Made by a program: the position numbers and the translations under genes. The notes below the pieces were generated by a model. That model saw only the letters and a list, made by a program, of their open reading frames with translations. It searched no databases and was not told where the DNA came from. DNA of 64,000 nucleotides from an uncultured Alistipes sp. Lineage in GTDB: Bacteria > Bacteroidota > Bacteroidia > Bacteroidales > Rikenellaceae. Below, one piece after another: positions 56,127 to 64,000 of the stretch; the first letter of the stretch is position 1, and each line of letters opens with the position of its first letter. Where the stretch lies: NCBI GenBank assembly GCA_964628945.1, contig CAZVNR010000001.1, positions 29,032 through 93,031 on the forward strand. Reading direction: 5' to 3'.

Positions 56127-56250
56127 TTCAAAATTTAGAATTCAAAATGCAAAATTGGGGCTGCGCGATTTAATTACAGAACTTGCAAAACTCCCGGCAC
56201 CACCGGTTAAAAAGCTAAAAAGAACTAAACACTTTAATACATTTTAGGTT

Positions 56251-59085
56251 ATGAGAAAATTCACTTTATGGATCGTTGCCGTGCTGGCTGCAGTCAGCGC
56301 GACAGCGCAGGGGCTCAACCCGATGTCCCCGATGCCCGAGGACCCTGCCGTGCGTAAGGGCACGCTCGAGAACGGAATGGCGTACTACATCCGCCACAAC
56401 GAGAAGCCGAAGAGTCAGGCCGACTTCTACATCCTGCACCATGTCGGTGCCATTCAGGAGGAGGATTCGCAGCAGGGCTTGGCGCACTTCTTGGAGCATA
56501 TGGCCTTCAACGGCACGAAGAACCTCCCGGGCAAGCAGGTGATCGAGTACCTTGAGACGATCGGTGTAAAGTTCGGTGCCAACCTGAACGCCTACACCTC
56601 GTGGGACGAGACCTGCTACAACATCTCGAGCGTACCGACCACGCGCGAGGGCATCATCGACTCGGCGATGCTCATTCTGCACGACTGGTCGCACTTCATC
56701 GCCCTGCAGCCCAAAGAGATCGACTCGGAGCGCGGTGTGATCAAGGAGGAGTTGCGTACGCGCGACGGTGCTCCGCTGCGTGCACAGATGAAGATGATCG
56801 AGGCCATCGGTAAGGATACGCGCTACGCCGAGCGCAACCTGATCGGTTACCTCGACGGGCTGGAGAGCTTCAAGTACAGCGATTTGGAGGATTTCTATCA
56901 GAAGTGGTATCGTCCCGAGTATCAGGCAATCGTCATCGTCGGTGATGTGGATGTCGATCAGATCGAGGCGAAGCTCAAGAAGCTGATGAGCGACATCCCC
57001 GCTTCGCCGGCCGATGCCGTACAGAAGGAGACGATCGTCGTGCCCGACAACGAGGAGCCGATCATCTCGATCTTCACCGATCCCGAGATGACCTCGTCGC
57101 AGGTGCAGCTCTTCATCAAGCGTCCCGCCCTGCCGAAGGAGATGAACAACACGGTCTATGCCGAGATGATGTCGCTCATCGACTCGTATATGGGTTCGAT
57201 GGCCAACGCCCGTCTGGAGGAGATCTCGATGAAGCCCGATGCTCCGTTCGTGGGTGCCGGTATGCGGAACGGCGGCTTGGGCATCATCCCGACACTGCAG
57301 AACTCGATCTTTATGGCCGCGACACAAGACGGCAAGATCGCTACCGGTTTGGAGGCACTCCTGACCGAGATGGAGAAGATTCGCCGCTTCGGTTTCACGC
57401 TGGGTGAGTTCGAGCGTGCACAGAACGACCTGCTGCGCTCGTGCGAGCGTCAGTACGCCAACCGCAACGACAACACGAACGGTTACTATGTACGCCGCTA
57501 CCTCTCGGCCTTCCGCGAGAACACGGCGATCCCCGATCCGAAGAGCGAGTGGGAGATCGACAGCATGCTCATCAAGTCGATCAATGTCGAGGTGATCAAT
57601 CAGGTTGCCAAGCAGTATCTGACGGATCAGAACCAAGTCTATATCATCAACGCTCCCGAGAAGGAGGGTGTTGCGGTTCCGACCGCCGAGGAGGTGCTGG
57701 CCATCCGCAAGAAGGTGATGGAGTCGGAGGTCGAGGCCTACAAGGATAACATCGTGAAGGAGCCGCTGATCGCCGAGGAGGTCGTTTTGAAGGGTTCGCC
57801 CGTGAAGAAGGCGGCAACGAACGAGGCCTACGGCACGACGGAGTGGACGCTCAAGAACGGCATCAAGGTCGTGGTGAAGCCGACGACCTTCAAGGCCGAC
57901 GAGATTCGTCTTTTTGCGAAGGCTTACGGTGGTCTTTCGATCCTCTCCGACGATGAGATCCTCTACGGCGAGTTGATGCCCATCATCAACCAGATGTCGG
58001 GCGTGGGTAAGTTCTCGCGCATCGACCTGCAGAAGCAGCTCTCGGGCGTAATGGCCGGCGTGCAGCCCTCGGTGGACGAGTATATCAGCCAGCTGGGCGG
58101 TTCGTGCTCGCCGAAGGATCTCGAAACGATGTTGCAGCTGCTCTATCTGAACTTCACGCAGCCCCGCTTCAACGAGGATGACTACAATACGGTGATGACG
58201 ATGCTCGGCACCCAGTTCGAGAATATCGAGAAGAACCCCGACTACCAGATGGAGAAGCGTTATTTGGAGATCGTCTATGGCAACAACCCGCGTCGCAGTA
58301 TGATCTCGAAGGAGCAGCTCTCGAAGATGGAGTTCGCAAAGGTGGCTCCGATCTACAAGAAGCTCTTCCCCGACGGCAACAGTTTCACCTTCTTCTTCGT
58401 CGGCAATGTCGATTTGGAGGTACTCAAGCCGCTCGTTGAGAAGTACATCGGTTCGCTGCCCGTATCGAAGAAGCCGATGAAGGCGATCGACGACAAGTGC
58501 GACTATGTAACGGGGCAGGTCGATGAGGCGTTCCGTGTCGAGATGCAGCAGCCGAAGGTTTCGGTGCGCTACCTGTTCTCGGGCGAGATGCCCTTCACGA
58601 TGGAGAACCGCATCGCCTTCACCTTCCTCACGCAGGCGCTCAACTCGCGCTATTTGATCTCGATCCGCGAGGAGAAGGGCGGCACCTACGGCGTGCATGT
58701 AAGCGGCTCGACGGGCTTTGTGCCGAAGCCGACCTACGAGTTGGAGATCCAGTTCGACACGAACGAGGAGATGGCCGACGAGCTGTGCGAGATCATCATG
58801 AAGGAGATCCAAACGATCGCCAACGAGGGTCCCAAGACGGAGGATATCGAGAAGACGCGCGAGTTCTTGCTGAAGAGCTGGAAGAGCAGCTTGGAGCAGA
58901 ACAACAGCTGGATGAACTATGTTTCGACGCTCTACAGCGCATCGGCTTTGGACTATCTGGCCGACTACGAGCAGGCCGTGAAGAACCTCAAGAACGAGGA
59001 TGTTCAGGCACTGATGAAGAAGATCTTGGCCGACGGCAACATGACGAAGGTTATGATGCGCCCCGAGGCTGCAAAGGCCGAGTAG
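56251..59085 (+). CDS. M16-family zinc peptidase (PqqL-like), exported
   Basis: GLAHFLEHMAFNG (HxxEH), IREEKGGTYG. Confidence 0.93.
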   Translation: MRKFTLWIVAVLAAVSATAQGLNPMSPMPEDPAVRKGTLENGMAYYIRHNEKPKSQADFYILHHVGAIQEEDSQQGLAHFLEHMAFNGTKNLPGKQVIEYLETIGVKFGANLNAYTSWDETCYNISSVPTTREGIIDSAMLILHDWSHFIALQPKEIDSERGVIKEELRTRDGAPLRAQMKMIEAIGKDTRYAERNLIGYLDGLESFKYSDLEDFYQKWYRPEYQAIVIVGDVDVDQIEAKLKKLMSDIPASPADAVQKETIVVPDNEEPIISIFTDPEMTSSQVQLFIKRPALPKEMNNTVYAEMMSLIDSYMGSMANARLEEISMKPDAPFVGAGMRNGGLGIIPTLQNSIFMAATQDGKIATGLEALLTEMEKIRRFGFTLGEFERAQNDLLRSCERQYANRNDNTNGYYVRRYLSAFRENTAIPDPKSEWEIDSMLIKSINVEVINQVAKQYLTDQNQVYIINAPEKEGVAVPTAEEVLAIRKKVMESEVEAYKDNIVKEPLIAEEVVLKGSPVKKAATNEAYGTTEWTLKNGIKVVVKPTTFKADEIRLFAKAYGGLSILSDDEILYGELMPIINQMSGVGKFSRIDLQKQLSGVMAGVQPSVDEYISQLGGSCSPKDLETMLQLLYLNFTQPRFNEDDYNTVMTMLGTQFENIEKNPDYQMEKRYLEIVYGNNPRRSMISKEQLSKMEFAKVAPIYKKLFPDGNSFTFFFVGNVDLEVLKPLVEKYIGSLPVSKKPMKAIDDKCDYVTGQVDEAFRVEMQQPKVSVRYLFSGEMPFTMENRIAFTFLTQALNSRYLISIREEKGGTYGVHVSGSTGFVPKPTYELEIQFDTNEEMADELCEIIMKEIQTIANEGPKTEDIEKTREFLLKSWKSSLEQNNSWMNYVSTLYSASALDYLADYEQAVKNLKNEDVQALMKKILADGNMTKVMMRPEAAKAE

Positions 59086-59102
59086 GGTTCACCTGCCTAC
59101 AC

Positions 59103-59149
59103 AACGACACAAAACGCATCCGAAATGTCGGGTGCGTTTTGTGTCGTTT
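59103..59149 (+). terminator. Long hairpin terminator
   Basis: AACGACACAAAACGCATCCGA...TCGGGTGCGTTTTGTGTCGTT. Confidence 0.75.
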
Positions 59150-59242
59150 AAATAAAAATACCTAATTGTAAGGATAGCGATTGTCGGCAGGATTTTGTAT
59201 CTTTGCACAATTTAATCCCTTTAATCTCTACACAGAGCAACT

Positions 59243-61615
59243 ATGCGTCTTTCCGAGCTAAAAACGGGTGAATCGGCCACCATTCTGAAGGTCACCGGCC
59301 ACGGCGGTTTCCGTCGCCGCATCGTCGAGATGGGTTTCGTGCGCGGTCGGCGGGTCGAGGTGGTGCTCAACGCCCCCTTGAAGGATCCGATCGACTACCG
59401 CATTATGGACTACGAGGTGTCGCTCCGCCGCAGCGAGGCCGATTTGGTGACGGTGCTGACCGAGGCCGAGGCCGAAGAGCTGCTGCGCAGTGAGGCCGCC
59501 ACGGCACCCGTCTATGCCGAGGAGGTACCCATGCGGACGATCGACGAGGTCGTAACGCGCCGTCGGCAGACGATCAGCGTGGCACTCGTCGGCAACCCCA
59601 ACAGCGGTAAAACCTCGCTCTTCAACGCCATTTCGGGCGGGCACGAGCATGTGGGCAACTACAGCGGCGTGACGGTCGGTGCGAAGTGCGGCGTGCGATA
59701 CTATCGCGGCTACCGCTTCGAGGTGACCGATCTGCCGGGTACCTACGCCCTCTCGGCCTACACGCCCGAGGAGCAGTATGTCCGCGCCCACATCGTCGGC
59801 GAGATGCCCGATGTGGTGATCAATGCGGTGGTCGCCTCGAACCTCGAGCGCAACCTCTATCTCACGACCGAACTGATCGACATCAACCCGCGCATGGTCG
59901 TCGCACTGAATATGTACGACGAGTTGCAGGCGAGCGGTGCACGGCTCGACTACGATGCACTGGGGCGTATGTTGGGTATTCCGATGGTACCCGTCGAGGC
60001 ACGCAACCGCAAGGGCATCGAGGAGTTGTTGGACACGGTGATCGCCGTCTATGAGGGGCGCGACGACCGCGTGCGCCACATCCATATTCAGCAGGGTGCG
60101 GTGATCGAGGAGGGGTTGCAGCAGCTCAACGCCGACCTCTCGGCACACCGCGACGAGCTGAAGAACATCTTTCCGCCGCGCTACTACGCGATGAAACTGC
60201 TCGAGCGCGACCGTCAGATCGAGCAGCTGCTCGCCGGCCACCCCCGCTACAACCACTGGTGCGCGGTGCGTGACCGCGAGGTGCGCCGCATCGAGGAGGC
60301 ACTCGGCGAAGATGTCGAAACGGCACTTACGAACCAAAAATATGGATTCATCTCGGGCGCACTGAAGGAGACCTTCACCGCCGGTCGGCGCGAGGAGCAC
60401 TCCGCCACGCAGCTCATCGACACCTTCGTCACGCACAAGCTGTTCGGCTTCCCGATCTTCTTCCTCTTGATGGGGTTGATGTTTTGGTGCACCTTCTCGC
60501 TCGGAGCCTACCCGCAGGAGTGGATCGACACGCTGGTAGGTTGGATCGGCAGCGCGGTCGATCGCTGGATGCCCGACGGGGTGTTGCGCGATCTACTGTC
60601 GGAGGGGATCATCGGCGGCGTGGGTTCGGTGATCGTCTTCCTGCCCAACATCATGATCCTCTACCTCTTCATCTCGTTTATGGAGGACTCGGGCTACTTG
60701 GCACGCGCCGCCTTCATCATGGACCGCGTGATGCACAAGGTCGGCCTGCACGGTAAATCGTTTATTCCGCTCGTGATGGGCTTCGGGTGCAATGTGCCTG
60801 CGATTATGGCCTGCCGCACGATCGAAAGCCGTTCAAGCCGTCTGATTACAATCCTGATCACCCCCTTTATGTCGTGCAGCGCACGCCTGCCGGTCTTTAT
60901 TCTGTTGGCCGGTGCCTTCTTCCCTGCGCACGCAGGGTTGGTGCTGATGGGGTTGTATCTCTTCGGCGTGGCGATGGCTGTGCTGACGGCGCGACTGATG
61001 CGCAAATTCTTCTATCCGGTCGATGAAACCCCCTTCGTGATGGAACTGCCACCCTACCGTATGCCGACTTGGAAAACCACCCTCTCGCACATGTGGGATA
61101 AGTGTGCGCAGTACCTGAAGAAGATGGGCGGTATGATCCTCATCGCCTCGATCATCGTTTGGTTTTTGAGCTACTACCCGCGTAGCGAGAATCAGAATCT
61201 GCCGGTTGAGAACCACTACGAGAACTCCTACCTCGGCCGTATCGGCAAGGCGTGCGAGCCGATCTTTGCACCGCTCGGTTTGGAGTGGAAAGCGAGTGTT
61301 TCATTGCTCTCGGGCGTGGCGGCCAAGGAGATCATCGTCAGCACGATCGGCGTGCTGTATGCCGTCGATGAGGCCGATTCGGACGAGGGTTCGGTGTCGC
61401 TCAAACGAAAGTTGGTGGCCAGCGGCGACTACACGACCGCCTCGGCGCTCGGGCTGATGGTCTTCATCCTCCTATATCTGCCCTGCATCGCCACGATCGC
61501 CGCGATCCGCTCCGAGCTGGGTTGGCGGTGGGCGATCGGCGCCCTCTGCTACAACACGGCGCTGGCGTGGGTCGTTGCGTGGGGAGTTTATCAGCTGACC
61601 AACCTCTTTATTTAA
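59243..61615 (+). CDS. feoB: Ferrous iron transporter B with N-terminal FeoA fusion
   Basis: FeoA-like RRRIVEMGF..NAPLKDP; GNPNSGKTS, DLPGTY, GFGCNVPA, LYLPCIA. Confidence 0.95.
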   Translation: MRLSELKTGESATILKVTGHGGFRRRIVEMGFVRGRRVEVVLNAPLKDPIDYRIMDYEVSLRRSEADLVTVLTEAEAEELLRSEAATAPVYAEEVPMRTIDEVVTRRRQTISVALVGNPNSGKTSLFNAISGGHEHVGNYSGVTVGAKCGVRYYRGYRFEVTDLPGTYALSAYTPEEQYVRAHIVGEMPDVVINAVVASNLERNLYLTTELIDINPRMVVALNMYDELQASGARLDYDALGRMLGIPMVPVEARNRKGIEELLDTVIAVYEGRDDRVRHIHIQQGAVIEEGLQQLNADLSAHRDELKNIFPPRYYAMKLLERDRQIEQLLAGHPRYNHWCAVRDREVRRIEEALGEDVETALTNQKYGFISGALKETFTAGRREEHSATQLIDTFVTHKLFGFPIFFLLMGLMFWCTFSLGAYPQEWIDTLVGWIGSAVDRWMPDGVLRDLLSEGIIGGVGSVIVFLPNIMILYLFISFMEDSGYLARAAFIMDRVMHKVGLHGKSFIPLVMGFGCNVPAIMACRTIESRSSRLITILITPFMSCSARLPVFILLAGAFFPAHAGLVLMGLYLFGVAMAVLTARLMRKFFYPVDETPFVMELPPYRMPTWKTTLSHMWDKCAQYLKKMGGMILIASIIVWFLSYYPRSENQNLPVENHYENSYLGRIGKACEPIFAPLGLEWKASVSLLSGVAAKEIIVSTIGVLYAVDEADSDEGSVSLKRKLVASGDYTTASALGLMVFILLYLPCIATIAAIRSELGWRWAIGALCYNTALAWVVAWGVYQLTNLFI

Positions 61616-61629
61616 CAGCAGAACAGCGT

Positions 61630-61833
61630 ATGAATTGGCAGGAGTGGATCGTTTGGGCAATCTTTGCCGTCGCAGTGGTCGCCGTGTGGCGTTGGGTGTG
61701 GCGCACCTTTTTGTGCCGGTCGCGCCGTTGCGAGGAGTGCCGTCACGGCCACTGCGGCGTCCGCGACAAGGAGTGGGACGAAGCGCATCGCAAGCTGAAC
61801 CAAAAAGAGGACAGTCACCAATCACGAACCTAA
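61630..61833 (+). CDS. FeoB-associated Cys-rich membrane protein
   Basis: MNWQEWIV, TM helix, CRSRRCEECRHGHC; directly after feoB. Confidence 0.75.
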   Translation: MNWQEWIVWAIFAVAVVAVWRWVWRTFLCRSRRCEECRHGHCGVRDKEWDEAHRKLNQKEDSHQSRT

Positions 61834-61845
61834 ATTCTTATTGAG

Positions 61846-63105
61846 ATGAAACCGTTTATTGCGCTCTGTTGCGGCCTGTTGCTGGTCGCCTGCGGTGGCC
61901 GGAACGCCGCATCGGTCGATCCGTCGAAACCAATCCAATGCCACCTCGCGGGCGAGGTGATCGACCGCCCCGAGTCGGAAGTGTTGGAGCTGTACATCCA
62001 TATCGACGGCGAGGCGGCCATCAGCTCGCGCCCGATCGCCGAGATCGAGATTCGGGACGGACGCTTTGCCTACGATCTCTCGCTCGACGAGGCCGATTAC
62101 TGCACGCTCTCATTCGCCGAGGAGAAGCGGCGCGGCGCATGGTTCCCGATCCGATTTATCGCCGACGGCGACACGGTGCGCCTGACACTCTACCCCGAGG
62201 GGCGCGAAGGCGAGCACCACATCGAGGGGAGCGGCGCAACAGCCGAATTTCAAGCCTACAAGGCGCAGTTAGGCGCATTGAACAATCAATTCAATCGCCA
62301 ATGCGACTCGTTGGAGGCGTGCGGTCAATACTACACCGCTCGCTACACGGCATTGATCGAGCAGATCGAGGCGGCCAAGCGCGGGGGCGAGGAGTTGAAC
62401 GCGTTAATCAAAGAGGTGCAGGCGATGAGCCACGAGGAGAAGATGACCCCCGCCGCACGCGCACTTCGTGCCGACTACGAGGCCGTGCGCAAGGCTACGC
62501 TCCTCGAGATACTGGATGCCGACCCGACCATTGCCCGCTATGCACTGATGGCCGAGCAGATGCAGTATCGTCTGCCCGACAGCGAGGTGCTCGATCTCTA
62601 CTACCGCCGCTATGCCGATGCGTTGTCGGGACAATACCTCGCGGCCTATTGTCGTCGTCAGTTGAGCGGTCTGCAGTTGCAGGTCGGCTCGACCTATATT
62701 GATTTCGAGGCGCCCGATCCGGAGGGGACGATGCACCGTTTCTCAGAGCTGATCGCAGGGTCGAAGATCTCGATGCTCGATCTGTGGGCCTCGTGGTGCG
62801 GCCCGTGCCGTCGCGCCTCGATGGAGATGATTCCGCTCTACGAGCAGTACCGCGACCGCGGCTTTACGGTGGTCGGCGTGGCACGCGAGGCGGAGAATCT
62901 GAAGGCACTGAATCGCGCGATCGAACAGGACAACTATCCGTGGCCGCAGCTCGTCGAGCTGGACGACCGCATCCACCTTTGGTCGCAGTACGGTTGCGGC
63001 AATGCGGCCGGTCGTCGTCTGCTGATCAACGCCGAGGGGGTGATTTTAGCAATCGACCCGACGACCGAAGAGCTGACGGCCGAGGTTGAAAAAGCGTGCA
63101 GATAG
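61846..63105 (+). CDS. TlpA-family disulfide reductase lipoprotein
   Basis: LVAC lipobox; LDLWASWCGPCRR. Confidence 0.87.
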   Translation: MKPFIALCCGLLLVACGGRNAASVDPSKPIQCHLAGEVIDRPESEVLELYIHIDGEAAISSRPIAEIEIRDGRFAYDLSLDEADYCTLSFAEEKRRGAWFPIRFIADGDTVRLTLYPEGREGEHHIEGSGATAEFQAYKAQLGALNNQFNRQCDSLEACGQYYTARYTALIEQIEAAKRGGEELNALIKEVQAMSHEEKMTPAARALRADYEAVRKATLLEILDADPTIARYALMAEQMQYRLPDSEVLDLYYRRYADALSGQYLAAYCRRQLSGLQLQVGSTYIDFEAPDPEGTMHRFSELIAGSKISMLDLWASWCGPCRRASMEMIPLYEQYRDRGFTVVGVAREAENLKALNRAIEQDNYPWPQLVELDDRIHLWSQYGCGNAAGRRLLINAEGVILAIDPTTEELTAEVEKACR

Positions 63106-63108
63106 CCT

Positions 63109-63468
63109 ATGACGGGGGTTGTTTGGATCTTGGTCTGCTGGTTGATCGGGCAGGGAGTCAGTCTGCTGATCGACGGCTATGTGTCGGGGAATATCGTCGG
63201 GATGTTGCTCCTCTTTGTGCTGCTGATGCTGCGCGTGGCGAAGGCCGACGATGTGCGACCGGTGGCAAAGTTCCTCTTGGGGACGATGGCCTTGTTCTTT
63301 GTCCCCTACGGTGTGGGGCTGATCGAGTCGTACCGCGTGATCTTGGACAACCTGTGGGCGATCATCACGGCAGCCGTGCTCTCGACGGTCGTCGTGCTCT
63401 TGGTCACGGGTCACACCTTTGAGTGGGTAAACCGCCTCTTGGGGCGCAAATCAACAAAAAAACGATAG
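63109..63468 (+). CDS. CidA/LrgA-family protein
   Basis: GNIVGMLLLF, MALFFVPYGVGL. Confidence 0.88.
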   Translation: MTGVVWILVCWLIGQGVSLLIDGYVSGNIVGMLLLFVLLMLRVAKADDVRPVAKFLLGTMALFFVPYGVGLIESYRVILDNLWAIITAAVLSTVVVLLVTGHTFEWVNRLLGRKSTKKR

Positions 63469-63472
63469 ACCT

Positions 63473-64000
63473 ATGGCAGCTATACTCTCTTCGGATCTCT
63501 TTCTGCTGACACTCACCTGCCTCTTGTTCGTGGCAGCCGGTGCGCTCTATCGCCGCACGCACTTTGCGCTGCTACACCCCGTGCTGCTGACCTTCGTGGC
63601 GATGATCGTCTATCTGAAACTTACAGAGATCCCCTACGCGCAGTATAAGGAGGCAACCTCCGTACTCGAATTTCTGTTGGGTATGTCGGTCGTGTCGCTC
63701 GGCTATCTGCTCTACGAGCAGGTCGAACGGCTGGGAAAGAACCTCCTGCCGATCCTCGTCTCGACCCTTACGGGGTGCGTGGCGGGGGTCTTGAGTGTGG
63801 TCTATATCGCCAAACTCTTTGGGGCGGATCGCGTGATTTTGAACTCGATCGCCACCAAATCGGTCACCGTGCCGATTGCTGTCGCCATTTCGGAACCACT
63901 GGGCGGCATTGTGTCGGTTACATCGGTCGTGGTCTTCTGCGTGGGGATCTTCGGGTCGCTCTTTGGGGTCGGCATCCTGCGTCGGGGCGGCGTGCGTACC
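63473..64000 (+). CDS. LrgB/CidB-family protein, 5' part (runs off window end)
   Basis: LLHPVL, FLLGMSVVSLGYLLYEQ, SIATKSVTVPIA. Confidence 0.88.
   Translation, partial: MAAILSSDLFLLTLTCLLFVAAGALYRRTHFALLHPVLLTFVAMIVYLKLTEIPYAQYKEATSVLEFLLGMSVVSLGYLLYEQVERLGKNLLPILVSTLTGCVAGVLSVVYIAKLFGADRVILNSIATKSVTVPIAVAISEPLGGIVSVTSVVVFCVGIFGSLFGVGILRRGGVRT

Noticed and set aside
2369..58812. Very long antisense ORFs (2369-4078, 14174-16153, 32697-34754, 39943-41085, 42234-44474, 45882-47852, 49798-51948, 56266-58812 and others)
   Set aside because: Shadow frames of well-supported genes on the other strand, expected from GC-rich codon bias; no recognisable motifs.
59146..59170. Fur box upstream of feoB
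   Set aside because: AT-rich, but the palindrome is too weak to support a call.

Overview
64-kb chromosomal segment of a Bacteroidales bacterium, most likely Alistipes/Rikenellaceae-like. This rests on GC-rich core genes, TAnnTTTG/TTTG promoters and the gene set. Core genes include folD (partial), a LytTR/LytS-type two-component pair, acyl-CoA ligase, plsY, miaB, a DEAD-box helicase, dusB, argS, znuA/znuC-type genes, HIT, relA/spoT, recA, a WYL regulator, dnaA, a phospho-sugar mutase, tRNA-Lys(TTT), a cobalamin adenosyltransferase, GH2, GT4, an M16 peptidase, feoB and cidA/lrgB. Three AT-richer accessory islets interrupt this backbone: (i) about 18.0-21.1 kb, with a 38-aa peptide, a fimbrillin-BspA LRR lipoprotein and a glycosylase-like ORF; (ii) about 23.6-30.3 kb, with a DarT-domain fusion protein, a DUF4407-like protein and four unknown, mostly exported ORFs; (iii) about 44.9-46.0 kb, beside the tRNA. 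Most notable observations: islets (i) and (ii) each begin with a diverged copy of the same structured 5' leader showing compensatory base changes and an alternative pairing next to a U-tract; the DarT ADP-ribosyltransferase domain is fused to a long beta-rich tail and paired with a membrane protein, with no DarG in the window; an identically spaced operator/promoter motif occurs on both sides of the WYL gene next to recA; and many intergenic regions carry 7-nt tandem arrays and nested palindromic repeats, two of which supply promoter elements. All calls come from reading motifs by eye; no database searches were run.
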